Shown piece by piece: positions 36,401 to 48,738 of a DNA stretch of 59,477 nt. The translations under genes and the position numbers were made by a program. Source of the DNA: Catajapyx aquilonaris (Eukaryota); NCBI GenBank assembly GCA_000934665.2, contig JYFJ02003993.1, positions 1 through 59,477 on the forward strand, in the 5' to 3' direction. The notes beneath the pieces are model-generated. The model was not told the origin of the DNA, did not search any database, and saw nothing but the letters and a program-made list of their open reading frames with translations. Every line of letters begins with the position of its first letter. The stretch's first letter is position 1.

Positions 36401-39400
36401 CGGCTTTTAAGCCCTGAAAACAACAATGGAAGTTTTGGTAAACTCTTTTTACATGGCAAGATCCTTACGTCTCATTTGTCATTTGTCTGCAGTGGTACAA
36501 TGTCCTCACTATTTCAGCCGACAAACGTATCCAGCAGATACAGGGGGTAGCGGTGAAAAAAGGTACAAGTGCCTATACGGCTTCCAAACACGCTCGAGCG
36601 TAATTGTTATTCAAAGGAGTGATTAACAAGGAGTAAAACCGGAGCTAACTTCTCCCTCATGTAAATGGACGTAAATAACCTGTCGCATTGCCTTCGCAAC
36701 TGCCGTAATGGAAATGTGCCGTAATAAATTGACGTCTTTTTGTGGCATACCCCCACCCCACCCCACTACTCCCTAGCCTCCAGGGTACTCAAAAATTCCG
36801 ACAAAACCTAGAGAGGTTCATCGAACCCGCTTGGAACTCCATGAATATTTGCGCCTTTTATATCGGACCACGTCTTCAACTGGTCATGTACAGTACAGTA
36901 AATATCTCAAATTCCAACCGAAACAATGCATTACTAAAAATGGCAAAATTGAATTTCACTGGAGCATTATAAGACATCTCAGCTGGTTAGGGCTTAAAAT
37001 GTTCCGACACAATCGTCGTAAATGTACCGCTCTATTACCATCATCATTATTGCGGACAATCGTCGAAGGCCGTAAACAAAATTAGCATCACGCAAATATA
37101 TGATAATTGCATGGAAAAACAAACATCGCCTTCATTTAATTACCCATACCAATTAACCGGACGCTATATGCATACGTCAAAACGAACCATGTCGTTATTT
37201 CTGCAAATGTAGTTATGGGTGTGTGAGAGTGGGGAGGGGGAGGGGGAGGGTAGTAAATTCCTCCAGAAGTTGTGAGGAGCCCCGCGCAAAGCAAGGTCCG
37301 TGGAAAAGTGTGCAACCAAGCACATGCACGCAAAGGCAAAATGCTGCTGGTAAAACACTAGAGGTTTTTGGAAGAGTGGGGGTTGGAGGGGGGGGGGGGG
37401 AACGACCCCCTCCATGCTCACTTGCCATGCCAACCTCCTATTCTCCCACAAACATCCTGTACGGGTAGGCAACCTAGCTGGACATTCCCAATTACTCGCG
37501 GTGTCCAGTAGTTCGGACCATTGCACGGGGGGCTAGTGCATCTGCAGACCTTTTTCTGGTTTCGAGATGCAACGGTAGACAGGGTGGCCTACTTCGACCA
37601 ACCAGAAAATTCGCAACATCACCTGACCTTTGCAATGGTAGGATTTTTCGCATCAGTCGAGGGATTATCGCCGTCTGTGCTATTCTAGTTTGCCATACGG
37701 CTAGTTGTAAATCAACATGAAGGTTGTGTTCCATATTTGGTCCGGACCGGTACTGCAATCACGCGTCACCAGCAGGCTGCACTTACGCGGCGGGTAATTC
37801 AAAAAAACAACAATACAGTCGACAACATATTTTCTGGTTCTCCAGCCTTGCGCGGTATGTTTTGGATGACTTTCTCCGCATTCTGCGTACCATGCTTCGC
37901 ATTATTGCAGATTCTCGGCATGCTCGTAGTTACTGAAGAATACCCATCCCGTGTCTGTCACCAATTTGGCGGTCACCTTCACATGCAGAATCACATGGTC
38001 ATGCCTGAACCTGGAAGTATCACAGGTCCTAATTCCTGTTCCGCTGGTTGCTCCGTCTCTCCAAGTCATCCTCGAACCGCTTTGGCTCCATCGTAAGCCA
38101 TGAATGCCTGACGGTATAGTTTGCAGGGAAGGCCAGATAAGTAGGGCATCATAATTAATCCCATCCCACTTTTCCGCGATTTGCTCATAGAAAAAAAACC
38201 GTCCCTATATGTCCGTTTCCTATCCGTTTCCTGTTCTTCCTATACGGGCAACTTATATAGGTGCCCGCATGGCTGACCACAGCTGAAAGGCCGGAGCTGT
38301 CGTGCATAATGAGAGAATTGCCTTTCTTGCACAATGAAGGAAGGAAGTCTCTTTTCCTATAAAATCACCATCCATCCCACCATGTCTGTCGATTTTGCTC
38401 TTGCTACGGATTACATTAGTTCCAGAGAGAGAAAGGGGCCAGGACTGCAATGGAGGCTCACTTTCACACTTCATACGTCTCATTTATTTCCCCCATTTTT
38501 TCTCCTATCTCTCTCTACCCCCAGCCTGTTCCCATCTTTTGAGTGTAATATAGGTGAGGTTAGCCTTTCGCTTGCGGCTTCTGCTTCCCCATCCAACTTG
38601 GTTTACAGAAAACTTCGTTTGTTCCACTCCGAGAGATTCCTTTCTCGTTTTTCCCACCGACAACTCCAGAATCTTTTCTCACTATTCATTCCCAGATTTT
38701 CAGACCCAAAATGTTGCTTCAGAGCTGTCCGCAATAAGCGGAATTATGCACAACTTTCATTCTAGTTCTTGCTCGTCTCGTTTTATATACGGTATTATTA
38801 TTATAAGGAAGGCATGTGATTAGCTAAATATGTGATTTTGCTGAATTTCGTACAGGAACTTATACGTGATTTTGTTCCTCGTGTGCTCATTGTAACGCGA
38901 AAAATTTATACTGGCAGGTAAGTAGGCTAAGCCAATTCGCAAATCGACGTGAACTTCAAGCAGCACATAATTAATTGCATGCAGGATACATGTCAGCTGG
39001 GTAACACCTCGAAGGTTGCGTTTTGTGAATAGGCCCCTTCGCCTCACGACCAATTTGTGAAAGCTGCTATCTGTTTCCTGCAACCCCTTCCAATTAACTT
39101 CTAGCTACTGACACCACCAATAGATTTCTCCCTCTCCAAAAATTGCACCCAAGTCACATTTCGTAACGGTCGGGTTAAAAAGGTGACCGGTTCGATAAGC
39201 CATTAGGTAACCGATTTGAAGTCATATTATGGATGCCCTCGTCACTTGCTTGATATCCGGTTGGTGGCGGCACGTGTGTATGAAGGACGCCGAGTCATTT
39301 TTTTTTGCATTCAAATATCTGACTTTTTATTATGTGCTACGAATACAAGCGTGACTCGATCAGATTCGCACCGTGCGGTGTGACTGTCCAACCGAGGATA

Positions 39401-42400
39401 ATTGGTCCTAGATACCTCCCAAGCAGGCCTAAACTCGGTCCTGAATCGTACCATCCGGACGGAAGTTCTGCCTATTCAGTTTTACTACCCCCATCGACTC
39501 CAGTGGTCCGTGTCATTATCACGCAGGCACGCATTTGAATATCCCTTAACTAGATCTATATAGTTTGACTTGATTGAGAAAATCAGGGGTCAACTACCCT
39601 GAATCTGGAAAAAAAAGGAGGAGGGACAGTGATTGTTCCTCTCTCTTTCCGTGCCAGTCTTGCCATGGTTCTACCCTGCAACAGGTAGGCTCCGAAGAGC
39701 GAAAAAAGGCGGAGCCCAATGCATGCTTGGCTGCTTCAGGAGGAAGCTTTGTATACCAGTCCTATACTAGTATACAATACACTGGACCGTCTAGTCTAGT
39801 ACAACAAATTCACACTTGTTAGCCACAGGGTGAGTCCAGGTGTCGCAGTAGGTGACAAAGGGGGGGATCTGTACACAGAGTGGCAAATCACAAGTGTGCA
39901 CCTGTTACTGACAGCTATCACATATATCTCAACGCGATGACATATAAGGATGATGAATCGTGTATTTCCACCTGCACAACGTGCAATTCGTACTTCACAT
40001 GCAGAGAGAAAAATCGTAATCGATGATATCAAGTGGTCGAAAATAGGGGCATCGTATTCAGTATAAGCAGCGAGATTCCTTATGCAAATATGAATGACAT
40101 GCAGTTTTCACGATATGATTCACGTCATCGATGGAGAGGTCGCTGAATATGAATAATACAAATGACGGTTCCAACCGTCTTCTGACAGTGACGACCAGCG
40201 TGGAATAGACTCGTGTGGGTGTCAGAGCACAGAATGGAAATTCACACAATTCGACCAGTGTCCGGTCACACCCTCGCCTCCGTATTTAAGACAAGTAATT
40301 TAAATGGCCAGATTCGGCAACTTCTCCGTCGTCCGCAATACTGGTACCTGTGTGATAACGGAGGCTGATTTTTATCTTATCGAATTATGTCGATTAATCG
40401 CGACACCTCCTTTACTTGATAAAATATAACAAGTTACTCGTGGCAAAAAAAACCCTTTGCCGTCAAGAACTCGCTTAGATTTTTAAAAAGGACTGAATAG
40501 GTGAAAATCCCTACCCCGAAGCGNCCCCCCCCCCCGCCGAAATTTGAGCCATTTATGCCCAAACGTCTTTGATGAACGGTCAGTCAACTTGGTCCGACTT
40601 GGTCAGTTCACAAGAAGTCAACACTCATACAGTATTTATATGTGTCCACATACACAACCGCCGCAATATGCAAAATTTGCATGCAGCAATTGTCAGCTCA
40701 TCGCTATATTTTTCTGGGAAATGTGACGTTACCAATCATTTACGTACACGTATTCAACTGAATCAATGCATCACTATTAGAATCACAATAGATTCTCGCC
40801 AATGTACGTCAAGTGCAGGAAAAATGTCTGGGAGCAACTCGGCCTAGGTGCTGCGTAATAACGTCTATATATAAAAAAAACTGTTGATAGCCCCACTTCT
40901 GCATAAAGGTTTTTTCTCCGTGATATTGACCATATTTATCCAATGCCGATCAAATGAAAGGTCTGTCTTGTACAACTGCCCTCCAGCCACAAATACCGTA
41001 AGATATGGCACCTTTGAAACGTAGCCTTGACTCCAATATCACGACAAAACTACTTGTCCAAACGCTGTAAGGTCAAAACCTTCCGACATTTATCCGTATC
41101 CGAATTTTGGACAGGAGCAAAAATTCCCGCCAATAAATTAAAATCCGCCATTATATCTTCTAGCCAAGGCTGTTTTTTACACGCCTCTATTTTATGGGGC
41201 ATATTCACGAAAAGTGCTGAGCACGGCCCCAGACATCCGCGTCCCACAAAAGTACCGGTAGTATATAATGGACAGACAGTTAATGATTTTTATCGCCTCT
41301 TGCCCTTTCAAAGTATTTATTGCAGAAATGCATTCTTGAAAAGGCGCCGGATTGACTCGGGAAATACCAAGCACTCCAAGAATGTAGCTAATAGGAAATG
41401 ACTATACATGATGCTATCGACAGGTGTTGTCCGAGGCTATTTATACAATCGTATCTGGTCATCTCAGGGAAACCCCTTTTCTTGTCCTATCTTAGGAGCG
41501 CCTTCTTTCCGTTATACTGACCACAAAAACGACTCCGCATTTTCAAGGATGGTGAATCTCTGACAGAAAAACATCTCGGGAAATAAGCAATTACCAGGTC
41601 CATAATCTTACGATTCATGTGTGTGCGGGTCAAAAAATGTGACCCACACACTGGAAAGAAATGGCAAGGAAGGAAGGAAGGACCATTTTCCAAGGCAGTA
41701 GCTGAGAAAATGAGGCTCACGTCAACTATGACAATGTGATGTTGCAAACAAGTTGGCAAAAAAGGGCGCCCTGAACTTGGATCTCTCGATATCATGCACA
41801 TCGAACAATAAGGATAAGATAAGCGACCTTGCAAACATTATGCAACATGACCACTCTCAAAACAGCCGTTTAACACAACAGGAATCAAATAGTTTCAGTG
41901 AAGACACTTGGATTTTCCTGGTATCGATCACCGATCTATAGTTGCCCCCCAAAAAGTCATGCAAAGTGCTATAGCGACGGCCTTGCCAGACCTTGCTCCA
42001 CATTCTCATTACATGGGCATAGAGTACATACATGTGCACGTGTAAACCTACATGTGGAGGAAAACAGGTGAAAAGCAGCCATTCTATTAAAATACTGCAA
42101 ATTCACGGCAGTGTGGCGACTGCCAAGGCCAACAGATGTGTAATAAACTATGCTGCTTGGGAACTAGCATCATGGGGGAGGTGGGTGGTTGGGTGGGGGA
42201 GGCGGAGTAGGGGGAAATTCCTCTTTCGCACACCGGTACCAAACATCGCTACAAAAATATATTTTAAAAAAATTCGGCCTCTTTTTTCCCCAAGTCAGAC
42301 AGGAAGTGGAAGCCATTCTGTCCAAAGTCACGATTTCTTTACACCATCCGGAGCCTGCTTCCTTTTTATTTATCCCATTATTTTTTCTCGTTTTTCAGCA

Positions 42401-43168
42401 TGGCAGGCATCTACAGGAAATCACATAATTTTTAAAGGTACCTGTGTACCCAATGTACCGGCCCTTTCAATGGGATTCCTTTTTGAAGGTTTCCAACGAT
42501 CGATGGTTCTCCAGCATGTAACCATGCGGCGCCAAATATAAAAAAGGACCAAATTGCCCCTTAAAAATTAGTTGGATATTGCAATATCTAATAATTCAGT
42601 ACCTTGAACCAAGTACGTTGCATGATAAGCAAATTGCACCAATAACCATCAACGCGCTAATTGTTGCTGGTTGCATGCTGGAAATTCGATGCGGGCCCCC
42701 GGAAAAGGTTCCTCGCATCATCCTCAATTGGTAGCGGCAAAAACACTCGCTTATTTATACCGGCGACAACAATCATTAAGCAAATTAATCGTTTCCACCT
42801 GGATGAATCACGTACGGTTTGATCGGAATGCCCCATAAATTAATATAAATATGTCTTTCCGATAAAACCGCTGGTGTCAATACCGACCTTTCATGATCAG
42901 TAATTCATTAGCGCCTAAGCCAATATCAATAAGGTCCAGTTACAGGTTGGATGGCGACAAAATAATTAAAAGCTGGCCCCCAATCAACATTCCGCAGTCT
43001 TGTGATAACCGTGCGAAATTGGATTGACCTTGTTAACCCCGTTTACACCCTGGAGGAACTTGATCGACCAAATTCCAGACGAAGGCCGTCTGAAGGCCCC
43101 CGTACTACCATATGGCAGGCTCCCAACCAGACACGTGCTCGCCCAGCCCAACTTGAAAGGACACTCAC

Positions 43169-43255
43169 CGGATTGAGGTCCGTCTCCCACAGATCAGTCA
43201 GGTCATCGGCCATGTCGTAGAACGGCTTGTCCTCCACTCCGAAAGCGTCCATCAT
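43169..43255 (-). CDS. CrebA: CrebA (CREB3L1/OASIS-family bZIP factor) coding exon 1
   Basis: ATG at 43255 gives MMDAFGVEDKPFYDMADDLTDLWETDLNP, then donor CCG|GTGAGT (phase 0). It resembles the arthropod CrebA N-terminal motif FYD..DL.D(I/L)W.(S/T)DL.P as I recall it. Confidence 0.88.
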
Positions 43256-44909
43256 AGCTGGTTCACTCAACACCGAACCGCACCAGTCAAATAGTCCACA
43301 CCAGTTGGAAGCCTGGAGTGAATGAGTCTTGCTTCTAGTTTTTGAGCAAAGGCGGGGCTACGATTCAATGACCCTTTGGGGCCCCTAAACACCCATTGGC
43401 TGAGGATGCCTTGAGGGAACTTGAGGAATCCTCCGTGGTCACTGTCGGCGCAACCTCGTCGAGCACCCGTTTGCACTCAGCGCCGGCCGGCTTTTGCAGC
43501 ATTGCCATATGCCAGAGAAGGAGGGGATGGTCACGCCCACACATTCGGAGTCCAATGGGGGCGGAGATTCTTTGGGGGAATAGGTGCCGCGTGGGGAATG
43601 TTTCGAATCTTGTCATGGAGTGCCACCTGTTGAGTCAAGTCGGGAGTTGCACAGAGAGACATCTCTTGGGGCTACCCTCTATTTTTCCCCCGGGATTCGT
43701 TCAAAAACGCCCAGGTTATTCCATAGCAAAACAGACCAAGTTTTCCAAAGTGGAATTATAAAAAACAATTAGTTGTGATGAAAGTGTGGTCTCTAAGGAT
43801 CAACCAGGCTGAGAATAAAAAATTAATTGCCAAAAAAAAAAGGTGCGACCTTATTGACACTTTCCTTTCCCTGGATGCAGTCATTTCAAGTCTCATCCAT
43901 GACACAAAAGTCGTTTTCCAGTTTGATTTCTTAAGAGGACAGAACTTTTGAATGACTAGCCCTATCGTGAACTCGAACAAGTTCACTCCCATTGGTGACT
44001 TATTACTACTACCTGCTACTACGAGTACTATCTGTATGTACGAAATTCTAAGTGGCTAAGCCGCCGGCATGGGCTGTTTTGACACAGATTGATCAGTCTC
44101 TGTTTGCAATAGTTTTTTGGTGTACTTATTGGCCTAAAAATTGATTTAGGCTCAAAAATACACCAAAAGGAAACAGTCCTACTCAACTACATGTTTAAAA
44201 AATTATATTAATCCATCCTCAGGTGTATTTTCTATGCTGCCCATCCACACAAAGCAAATGTCCCAAAACCAGCATTTTCCATTAAAAAGAAGCAATGCAG
44301 CATCAGTAATAAAACCCTTCCCCAGTACAATTTTCACCACAATTATGCAAAAACTGCCTTTTTATGGCAGTACCGTATAATCCAACTCCTGGTTCTAAAT
44401 TTTTTTGGTTTCATGTCCCTTTCTAATCAAGGTACAAAACTATAACATCTCCCAGTAATCTCATGGACAACATACAAAATATATGGTATACAACAACTTG
44501 CCCTTGATGGTTGAACCACGCCACAAGTGAGCCTGACCTCGACTGAAGCCCAGGTTACAAGTGACCCCTATAGCTGGACTGAAGCATGTGTGAGAGAGAG
44601 ATCAGTGGTAACAATGATGTAGTGGTGCATTTGAATTCAGCTCTCTGTGGCCCCCTTTTTATTTAAATCATCAAGAATATTCCATGGGAAATAGGCTACC
44701 CATCAGTGAGTAGCTCTTGGTGCTATCAATCTCCTCGCCACACATTAGCTCTCTGGCAGTGAGCCAGATTCTCATTAGTGAGTTTTACCTTCAAATATAT
44801 GACTGAGAGAATAAAAAACTTTAACATTGTCGCAAAATCCTTTTCAGTGGGCACCCTGGATGATGCATTAGGAGTATGGGAAGCCTGTCTGCAAATTGAG
44901 CACCCACAA

Positions 44910-45127
44910 ATTCAAGATGGTCAAATTATTATGAGTTAGGGCAAGTACAACTTGCCTTTAGACCTGGTCAGACCACAGCCACACCAAATACATATGAAAC
45001 AAATTAGCATTAACTTGATGCTCAAAAATAATTGTACTCGTATATCTCAATCTTGTGGCTGTGGTCTGACCAGGTCTAAAGGCAAGTTGTACTTGCCCTA
45101 ACTCATAATAATTTGACCATCTTGAAT
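44910..45127. repeat. Perfect 74-bp inverted repeat with a 70-bp spacer
   Basis: 44910-44983 is the exact reverse complement of 45054-45127. Confidence 0.95.
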
Positions 45128-45511
45128 CTTTGATCCCTATCCAAATATACTTCACAGGCTCAGGGCATCAAGTAAATTAAGAAAAATCTCTGCTTTGTAT
45201 AGTATTCACTATGTGTAATTTGACATAATTGGACAGTTCCTCCTGAACCCTAACTAGACAAATGCCAGGTCATATTTTTTAGTAAATTTTGGGCAGGCCC
45301 GCAAAACCCCTTCTCCCACCTTCTAGTTATTGGCATGTAATGATCAAAATTTATTGCACTCAGCCTGTGTCTCAGACTGACCTACAGTACAAAGCTCTCC
45401 AAGTAAAGGGAACCATAGAATTAATATCATTATTTGTATGAACTGTATCAGTTTGGGTCACAGCAGGGTAAAAACCCCCCCCCCCCCCCCCCTTTTTCTG
45501 AAAGTTCAGTT

Positions 45512-45708
45512 ATAACAATTATTATAATGGATACCCCGGGATAGGCCTCCTTGGGCCTCTTAGGGGATCATCTTTTCGTGAACCATCTTTAATCATTGAC
45601 TGCGCTGTGATGGATTTTGATTGCTGGAGGAAACAGGAGAACCCCGAGAAAACCCACATGAACACTGAGAGAACCCATCGAAACTCCATCCACATAAGTC
45701 TCCTCCGG
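45512..45708 (-). mobile_element. SINE family B (V-domain-like), copy lacking the tRNA head
   Basis: Colinear with about 16750-16936 (ggataccccg.gataggcc.ccttgggcctcttaggggatcatctttt ... ggagaacccgagaaaacccac). Confidence 0.88.
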
Positions 45709-47398
45709 TTTCGTCCGGCGCTTGGAGGAACGTGTTGCTCGCAAAGGTGGACACCTATCCGATGTGGTTTTCATGAAGAGACTTTTTTGGACCTTGATCC
45801 ATAAATGGCATAACTTTCCCCGTGTAGTGTAAAATTTTTTAAATATAATTGTTCGTTACTTACGCCATGCTGCGTCGTTTTAATCAGCCCATGACTTTTG
45901 CTCCACCCTGTACTTTTCGATGTATTGACTATATACAATAATTCTTTGAACAATGCCTAAAATGATCGCTAATTCAAAATAAACATGCAGTTCCTGTTAT
46001 ATACGTTTAAAAAATGGCAAAAGTTCATTGTATTTATCATTTTAATGCATTTTAATTCCTTTGGGGTCCTAAAGACCCCACGTCAAGGTTCCAGGGTTAA
46101 GGGGTGTCCAGCGATGACCAGATACATGCATCTGGCCATCTCGTTTGACCAGTACAATGAACCTTCTGGTGACTGGTCAGACCATGCAGAAAACATAATG
46201 GATGAGGTGATGATGAAATTGAAGACATTATTACAAATTTACAATCATACAATCACTCAATGTAAAAAAATAATCACTTACAAAAAATGTCCAATCCAGG
46301 TTGTAGTCAGAGGCAAAATGGTGTGTTCGAAGGGCCAAAGTAAAAAACCAGATCACCAGGGGTATGGCGTCTCACCCAGGGATGCTATCATGCAGTTTAA
46401 AATTTAGGTGTTATCATGCAATTTAAATTTAATATAGGATCCCATTAGGCGTAGCAGGCAATGGCTTAGGCGATGGATGTGTTGCAGCTGTATCCGCGAC
46501 ATAGAAGATGCTATAATGCACTTTTTATTTAATGCTAATTTTCTTGGTAACTATGGTTTGGAGACCCATGATGCCGATGCTTAAAATGATCGCTTAGAAA
46601 CCCCTCCATTATTTCCCACAGTACGTTAAATTTCCGCACCCTGGATACTGACTTACAATCTCGCCTATTATGACAGTCTGACAGGAATTTCTCAGTGTCA
46701 TGGCATTGGCATTATCAAGACCTGGAAGTATGATGAGGTGGGGTTGTTTTTTTTTCTCTCAAATCAACCCTACCATAAAGCTCACCCAAAAATGAAATTT
46801 GCATAATGCTACTGAACACATTGAAAATATTCTCCTGTTCCCTTCACACACCTTCAGAGACAACTCCAGGAACTGTTTTGAAGATGCAAAGAACTAGACT
46901 GACTGCATAAACAATGTATTCACTTTGGCAGAACATAAACAAGGGAAAAAATTGCACAACACCTCATAAGGGCTACACATTACTACCAGCTGCCTTCCTC
47001 TATGTAAACACGTTACAATAAGGAACAATGTAAAAATATATACAAATAACAACATGTCATATCCGAATAACAATAACTGAGAACATGTCTCACGGCAAGC
47101 TAAACATTTTAACATGTCAGTGCCCATCAAACAGGTACAAGTGTAAAACATAAAGCGTATCTGCATTATCATTTGTAACTTGATCAGACTATACTATTTG
47201 GCACATTAACATGTCTGGCATTGAAAAATTAGTCCAGATAGACAACATATAGTAAAACTTTACCATAACAAGTACTCTTAACTAAATGACCTAAATACTT
47301 GGTCTGAAAAATATCACCAAGTTGAAAAGAGATTCCGAGTAAACAACAATTATAAAAATTTTCCAAATAACATCTTGCTATTATGCTATCTTGGTCAC

Positions 47399-47491
47399 TC
47401 ACTTCAGAGACTTCCACGCCACCTTGGCCAGGACAGACTCCAGTTCCTCAGCTTCTTCCCGCAGTCCCTCCGCTCTCTCCACCAACTTCAT
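47399..47491 (-). CDS. HELQ: HELQ terminal coding exon (not in the ORF track)
   Basis: Acceptor ttgttgTAG|; MKLVERAEGLREEAEELESVLAKVAWKSLK then stop TGA at 47401-47399. Corresponds to the HELQ C-terminal M.L.E(K/R)AE.L.EE.EEL helix. Confidence 0.92.
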   Translation of the reverse strand: MKLVERAEGLREEAEELESVLAKVAWKSLK

Positions 47492-48309
47492 CTACAACAA
47501 CAGACACATTTTCAGCACTATAAACTTTAGCATTAAGCTATCATTCCTTTCTGGCAACAAGAGTTTATTCATAATGATATTCTCATTTCTCAATACGCGA
47601 GTTTGGCAGAGCTCTGATTTGGTGTCATCAACGCAGGTCAATTAAAGAAGATCTACTTACTCTAACTCTAACTCAAGCCGACTGAATAGACACAAAAAGG
47701 TGGCAGGTGAACAGTCGTCTTGAGTGCCTGCCTGGCATAAAACGCATGTCAATTGAACCTACCAAGGGGTTTGGTTATTATTGTTCAGACATTAATAATT
47801 TCTTATATTAGGGCAGATTTGACACGACTCTGCCAACTTGGTTTTACCATTTTTGTCCCAAGTGTTCTCGCATTTGGACACTGTGCACTGGGAGGCTGAA
47901 CAAATAAATTTTTTCTACGGCAGGTTTATTTTATGGATGAGGCAACGTTTTTATTTGAGTCGTCAAGAACAATGTCTGTGGTGTAAATATCAGACATATC
48001 CAGCACCTAAAGGATAGGATTGCAACGGTAACTCTAAATGCCAGCAGGTCGGGCTCGAGATCATATACTGCCTTTTTTATCTGCCAAGCGACAAACGAAG
48101 CACATATCGAAACAAACTAAGCTGAAACCAAAACTTCAGACCTTCCTTAGTATTTCAAAACTTAAATCATTCAGATACCGTCAAACGGGGGGAGATTGTG
48201 CCACTTTTGGAGGTTTTCCTTGCAAGCAAACCAGAGAGAGGACTGAATATTTTATACAACATTGCTGCAAATCTCACCTTTCAGATCATACCTGAAAATA
48301 ATTTTTATA

Positions 48310-48378
48310 CAGGGTGTAAATCCTAAGTGTGTCACCAGAAAAGGTGGTGGTAGAGGGCGCAGGTGTGAGCATTTTTGC

Positions 48379-48423
<45 letters not shown>

Positions 48424-48437
48424 TAATAATAATAATA

Positions 48438-48481
<44 letters not shown>

Positions 48482-48738
48482 GTTTTATTTACCTGCTGGG
48501 CTTTATGGGCCCTTGTGCAGGGCATTTTTGCATAAGGAACTAGGGGTCTACCTGCCAAACCCCCCTCACCCATTCCGCCGTGTGCCGCACACCTCTTGCA
48601 CACTGCCTGCCGCAAACTTGAAAGGGGCTTAACTCGGTGAGGGTGCGTTTCCGACACCTAGTTCCTTATGCAAAAATGATCACACCTGTGCCCTCCACCA
48701 CCACCTTTTCTGGTGACACGCTTAGGATTTACACCCTG
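48310..48738. mobile_element. Tc1/mariner-type MITE nested in the 48178-49861 element
   Basis: TA|CAGGGTGTAAATCCTAAGTGTGTCACCAGAAAAGGTGGTGG ... CCACCACCTTTTCTGGTGACACGCTTAGGATTTACACCCTG|TA. Confidence 0.9.
48383..48521 (-). mobile_element. Extremely truncated retroelement 3' end with (TTA)n tail, inserted in the MITE arm
   Basis: 14-bp TSD GCATTTTTGCATAA at 48369-48382 and 48522-48535, enclosing ~40 nt of unique sequence and ~100 nt of (TAA)n. Confidence 0.8.
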
